Shown here: in pieces, positions 60,407 through 64,000 of the stretch
How positions within the stretch are numbered: position 1 is the stretch's first letter
Layout of the letters: each line of letters starts with the position of its first letter
From: Trueperaceae bacterium
GTDB taxonomy: Bacteria; Deinococcota; Deinococci; Deinococcales; Trueperaceae
NCBI GenBank assembly: GCA_965214405.1
Contig: OZ243956.1
Span: 2,976,001 to 3,040,000, forward strand
DNA: 64,000 nt
Direction: 5' to 3'
The notes under the pieces: model-generated
The model's database searches: none
Told to the model about the DNA's origin: nothing
Seen by the model: the letters and a program-made list of their open reading frames with translations, nothing else
Program-made: the position numbers and the translations under genes

Positions 60407-62347
60407 TTAGCCCTTGACACTACCGAGCGTCAAACCTTCAACGAGATAACGCTGAGCGTAAATGTACACGAGCATGACCGGAATCGCCATCAGCAGCGAG
60501 GCGGCCATGAGTTGACCCCAGGGGTAAACGTCACCGAAGACGAGGAGTTGCAGGCCCACGGGCAGCGTTTTCAAATTCTCGCTGGTGATAAAGACAAACG
60601 CGAACAAAAACTCGTTCCAGGCGTTCGTAAACGCGAACAGCGTGACCGACAAGAGCGCGGGCGCGGCTAACGGCAAGGTGATGCGCCAAAAGGCGATGAG
60701 CCTGTTCGCCCCGTCTATCATGGCGGCCTCCTCGAGCTCTTCTGGAATGGAGCGAAAATAGCCCAGCATCACCCAGGTCGCAAAGGGCAGCAAAAAGGTC
60801 GGGTAGGTGACAATGAGCGCGGCGTAGGTGTTGATGATGCCGAGCTGGGTCAGCGTCTGGTAGAGCGGGATAAAAAGAAGCGCGCTGGGCAGCAAATACG
60901 TGACCAGCAGCAACACGGTGAGCGTGCCCGCGCCCAAAAACTTAAACCGCGCCAGCGCGTAGGCGGCGAGCGCCGACAAGACGACGGAAATCGCGGTGCT
61001 GACGGTCGCCACGATGACCGTGTTGCGAAACCAGGTCAAGAAGGGCGTGTCAAAAAGCAAGTCTCTAACCTGCTGGAACGTCCAGGGCCGCGGCCAGTAA
61101 ATCGAGGTGAACTGCTGAATCTGTAGGTCGGTCTTGAATGAAGTAATAAAAATCCAGTAGAAGGGAAAGAGGACAAACAGGAGCAGGGGCAGCAGCAAGA
61201 CTAAGCGCAGCCCCGTCCCCAGCCGCTCGCGCTGCGCCCGCTTGAGCGGTGGCCTATTGCGGCGCGCGGCCTTGGCGAAGGCGTTGAAGCCGTTCGACAG
61301 CCACTCGAGCGGCAAAAACACCAGGTCGAGCAGCAGGCCGAAAATGCGCCCTATGGGGCTAAACACACGCTCCCAAAACCCCACCTTACGCGGGCCGTGA
61401 CCGCCCCCGTCGCTCAGCATAAAGCGCCCCAGGAGGGCGATAAACACAGCCAGCAGCGGGGCCATGCTAAACGCCGTGGCGATGCCCGGCCCGAAGCGCA
61501 AGCCGATAATCGCTTTTTCGTAGGCGAGAATCGAGTACACGCGCGTCGCGCCGCCCGGACCGCCCCCGGTCATCAGGAAAATAAGCCCAAAGGTATTAAA
61601 GGTCGAAATAAACGAGAGGAGCAGCGTCACCGCGATGACGTAGCGCAGGCCCGGCAGGGTGATGTGGCGGAAGCGCTGTAAGGGCGTGGCCCCGTCGACC
61701 TCGGCGGCCTCGAGCAACTCCCCCGGAATTGACTTGAGCCCTGCCAAGAGCAAGATGGTATAGAAGGGAATCCCCTTCCACACGTTTACCGCAATCACGC
61801 TGGGCAGCGCCAGGGACGGCTCGGAGAGCCAGGCCACCGGGCGGTTGATAATCCCGAGGCCCTGCAAAATCGGGTTGAGCCCGCCAAAAATGGGGTCGTA
61901 GATGCTGCGCCAGGCGAGGGCCGTGACCACCTCCGGCGCAATCCAGGGTAGCAGCATCACACCCGTCAGGACACCGCGAAAAGGCAGGCGGCTGTTTAAG
62001 AGCAGCGCGATGCCCAAGCCCACAACAAATTTGACGGCCAAGGAAAAAACGGTAAACCACACCGTCACGCTTATCGAACTTCTATAGTCGCTGTCGCCCC
62101 ACAACCGGACGTAGTTCCGAAACCCCACGAACTGCTCTTGCCCGGTCACGAACGAGCGCACCGTCAGGCTGCTCAACAGCGCGTTGACGAAGGGCCAGAG
62201 GATAAGCCCCGCCATGATGATGACGACGGGCAAAACGAAGGGCAGCGCCACCTTCCAGTCGCGGCCCAAAAAGCCCTCGAGCCGCCGAGCCCTTGCCCGG
62301 CGAGGTCGGATGAGCGGTGGCGTGTTCTGTCTGGCGCGTTCGTCCAC
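60407..62347 (-). CDS. Fused double carbohydrate ABC permease
   Basis: Two EAA loops (EAAEVDGA, EEAAMIDGA) in one 646-aa ORF. Confidence 0.88.
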   Translation of the reverse strand: MDERARQNTPPLIRPRRARARRLEGFLGRDWKVALPFVLPVVIIMAGLILWPFVNALLSSLTVRSFVTGQEQFVGFRNYVRLWGDSDYRSSISVTVWFTVFSLAVKFVVGLGIALLLNSRLPFRGVLTGVMLLPWIAPEVVTALAWRSIYDPIFGGLNPILQGLGIINRPVAWLSEPSLALPSVIAVNVWKGIPFYTILLLAGLKSIPGELLEAAEVDGATPLQRFRHITLPGLRYVIAVTLLLSFISTFNTFGLIFLMTGGGPGGATRVYSILAYEKAIIGLRFGPGIATAFSMAPLLAVFIALLGRFMLSDGGGHGPRKVGFWERVFSPIGRIFGLLLDLVFLPLEWLSNGFNAFAKAARRNRPPLKRAQRERLGTGLRLVLLLPLLLFVLFPFYWIFITSFKTDLQIQQFTSIYWPRPWTFQQVRDLLFDTPFLTWFRNTVIVATVSTAISVVLSALAAYALARFKFLGAGTLTVLLLVTYLLPSALLFIPLYQTLTQLGIINTYAALIVTYPTFLLPFATWVMLGYFRSIPEELEEAAMIDGANRLIAFWRITLPLAAPALLSVTLFAFTNAWNEFLFAFVFITSENLKTLPVGLQLLVFGDVYPWGQLMAASLLMAIPVMLVYIYAQRYLVEGLTLGSVKG

Positions 62348-62468
62348 AGCGGGCCTCTTCTGGGTTGGTTGAGGTTATTGGCTTGGGTGAATTGGTTCTC
62401 GAGGGACCAGGAAAAGGAAGTAAGGGGTAAAAAGGATTTGGAGTAGTTTCGGTTAGTCAACGACATCA

Positions 62469-62503
62469 GGAGAAAGGGAAAAAATCATCTTCACCCTTTC
62501 TCC
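62469..62503. other. Stem-loop just after the SBP gene (mRNA stability or partial termination)
   Basis: GGAGAAAGGG/CCCTTTCTCC 10-bp stem. Confidence 0.5.
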
Positions 62504-62510
62504 GGTCACG

Positions 62511-63896
62511 TCAGGGCTGGATAATGCCGCCCTCTTCAAAGATGTCGACGATCTTTTGGTGCGCGTCGCGCACGGCTTCCTCGGCGCTCATCCGGCCCGT
62601 GGTCACGTTCGACATCATCTGGCTGGGGATGGCGGCGGCCATCACCGCGTCGATGGCGGCGCTCGGCTCGGCGGGATACGAGATGCCGTCATAATCGACC
62701 GGGTTGAAGATGATTTCTTCGGTAACCGCGAAGTTCGGGTCGGTCTCGACCAAATCCTCCGTCCAGAGGTTTTGGTAAGCGGGCAGGAACAGGCCGCCGC
62801 CGAGCTGAACCATCGGCACGAAGTTCTGGGGCTCGAGCAGCGTCAGAATAAGCTCTTTGGCGGCGTCGACATTTTGAGAACCTTTGAAGATGGTGAGCCA
62901 GCCGTTCGCGCCGGTTTCTAAGACCGTGTCCCCGTCAACCATCTTGGGCTTGTGCAGCACGGCGGTATTCTCGTAAATCGGGCTGCCGTCGGCCTTGGCC
63001 TTGGCGTACACGCTAAAGGCGTTCGCGGTCAGCGCGACGGTCCCGGCCAGATACGCCTCGTTGTTGCTCACGTCCGTCCAGCTCTCAATGCCGGGCGGCA
63101 ACATCGGCCTGTACTTCTCGCTCGTGTAGGTTTCTTCCAACCACTGCACCGCCGCGACCGTCTCGGGCGAGTCGAAGACGACGACCTGACCGGATTCGTC
63201 GGTGATGGAGCCGCCGTAAGCCTGAATCACGTCCATGATAAAGCCGTGCCCGTCGCCGCTGCGGTTGACGGTTAAGCCCCAGCCCCACATGTTGTTGGCG
63301 GGGTCGGAAACCGCCAAAGCCGCCTCGCGCCGCGCGTCCCAGGTGTCGAGCGTCGCCACGTCGATGCCCGCCGCTTCGAACACGTCTTTGCGCGCGAACC
63401 AGGCCCCGGTGTTGCTCATAAAGGGCACCGCCCACCAGCTTCCGTCTATCTGGGCATTTTTCGCCGCCGAACTCGGCACGACCTCGCCGTACATGGCGGT
63501 GGCCTGCTCGACCACGTCGCTCACATCTTCGACCAAGCCCAGCGCGTGCAACTGCGGGATGCTGAGGGTGTGGTAGGCCAGATCGGGCGCGTTCCCCGCC
63601 TGCACGGCGGCGAGCATCTTGGCGGTAAAGTCGCCGAACTGCTCGGGGTTGGCCGTCGAAATGTCGAGTTCGATGCCCCGTTGCTGCGAAAAATCTTCGA
63701 CCGTGGCGCGGAACAGATTCTGAACCTCTTCAAAGTATTCGGTCCGGTGGATGACGGTGAGCTTGCCCGCTGCCCCCGTGGGCAGGGCCAAATCCTCCTG
63801 CGCGAGGACAAAAACGTTGCCCCCGGACACAACCAAGACGGCACCCGTACCCGCGGCGGCTCGAAGGAATTTTCTGCGACTGATGGATTTGGTCAT
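62511..63896 (-). CDS. Sugar ABC substrate-binding protein with Tat signal
   Basis: SRRKFL twin-arginine motif, GNAPDL, DGSWWAVP. Confidence 0.88.
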   Translation of the reverse strand: MTKSISRRKFLRAAAGTGAVLVVSGGNVFVLAQEDLALPTGAAGKLTVIHRTEYFEEVQNLFRATVEDFSQQRGIELDISTANPEQFGDFTAKMLAAVQAGNAPDLAYHTLSIPQLHALGLVEDVSDVVEQATAMYGEVVPSSAAKNAQIDGSWWAVPFMSNTGAWFARKDVFEAAGIDVATLDTWDARREAALAVSDPANNMWGWGLTVNRSGDGHGFIMDVIQAYGGSITDESGQVVVFDSPETVAAVQWLEETYTSEKYRPMLPPGIESWTDVSNNEAYLAGTVALTANAFSVYAKAKADGSPIYENTAVLHKPKMVDGDTVLETGANGWLTIFKGSQNVDAAKELILTLLEPQNFVPMVQLGGGLFLPAYQNLWTEDLVETDPNFAVTEEIIFNPVDYDGISYPAEPSAAIDAVMAAAIPSQMMSNVTTGRMSAEEAVRDAHQKIVDIFEEGGIIQP

Positions 63897-64000
63897 AACG
63901 TTTCCTTTCCTAAAAAAGACGTAAAAGGGTTTGGGCGGGGGTTACGCGCGTAACGTTCGCGCTTCTACACGCTTCTCTGCACGCTATGGTCGTGTCGACA

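Overview
GC-rich bacterial chromosomal window, most consistent with Deinococcota, Truepera-like (inferred from -10 boxes abutting start codons, Deinococcota-style wHTH and lipoprotein genes and strong CTCGAG enrichment; not database-confirmed). Left to right: sucCD, a MogA/MoaB gene, a divergent FAD-monooxygenase/TetR pair with a perfect 34-bp palindrome, and a 634-bp duplicate of a Rieske-reductase 3' end joined to a decaying sugar-ABC/isomerase/GH1 operon. Next comes a ~15-kb ion/pH-homeostasis island: a CPA2-TrkA antiporter divergent from a site-2 protease-CBS, mrpABCDEFG, dgkA, hypothetical, CaCA and TerB-like operon, then a terC remnant, Zn-ribbon, YugP-like peptidase and amphi-Trp genes. 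The island carries two yybP-ykoY (Mn2+) riboswitches, and one has a clear terminator platform gating the Mrp operon. Further right: an IS6 remnant, an M24 peptidase/peptide-ABC/AKR cluster, a DeoR sugar operon with a tandem metallo-beta-lactamase, an MFS/wHTH pair, the Rieske reductase, a ~1050-aa acidic lipoprotein beside three pseudo-receiver regulators (two with 15-bp repeat expansions at the phospho-acceptor strand), lgt, a shortened glmU, DUF2330, an aminotransferase and an acid-sugar/ABC cluster. Best candidates for new biology: the riboswitch-gated extended Mrp operon and the repeat-expanded pseudo-receiver triad. Family calls come from motif recognition, not searches.
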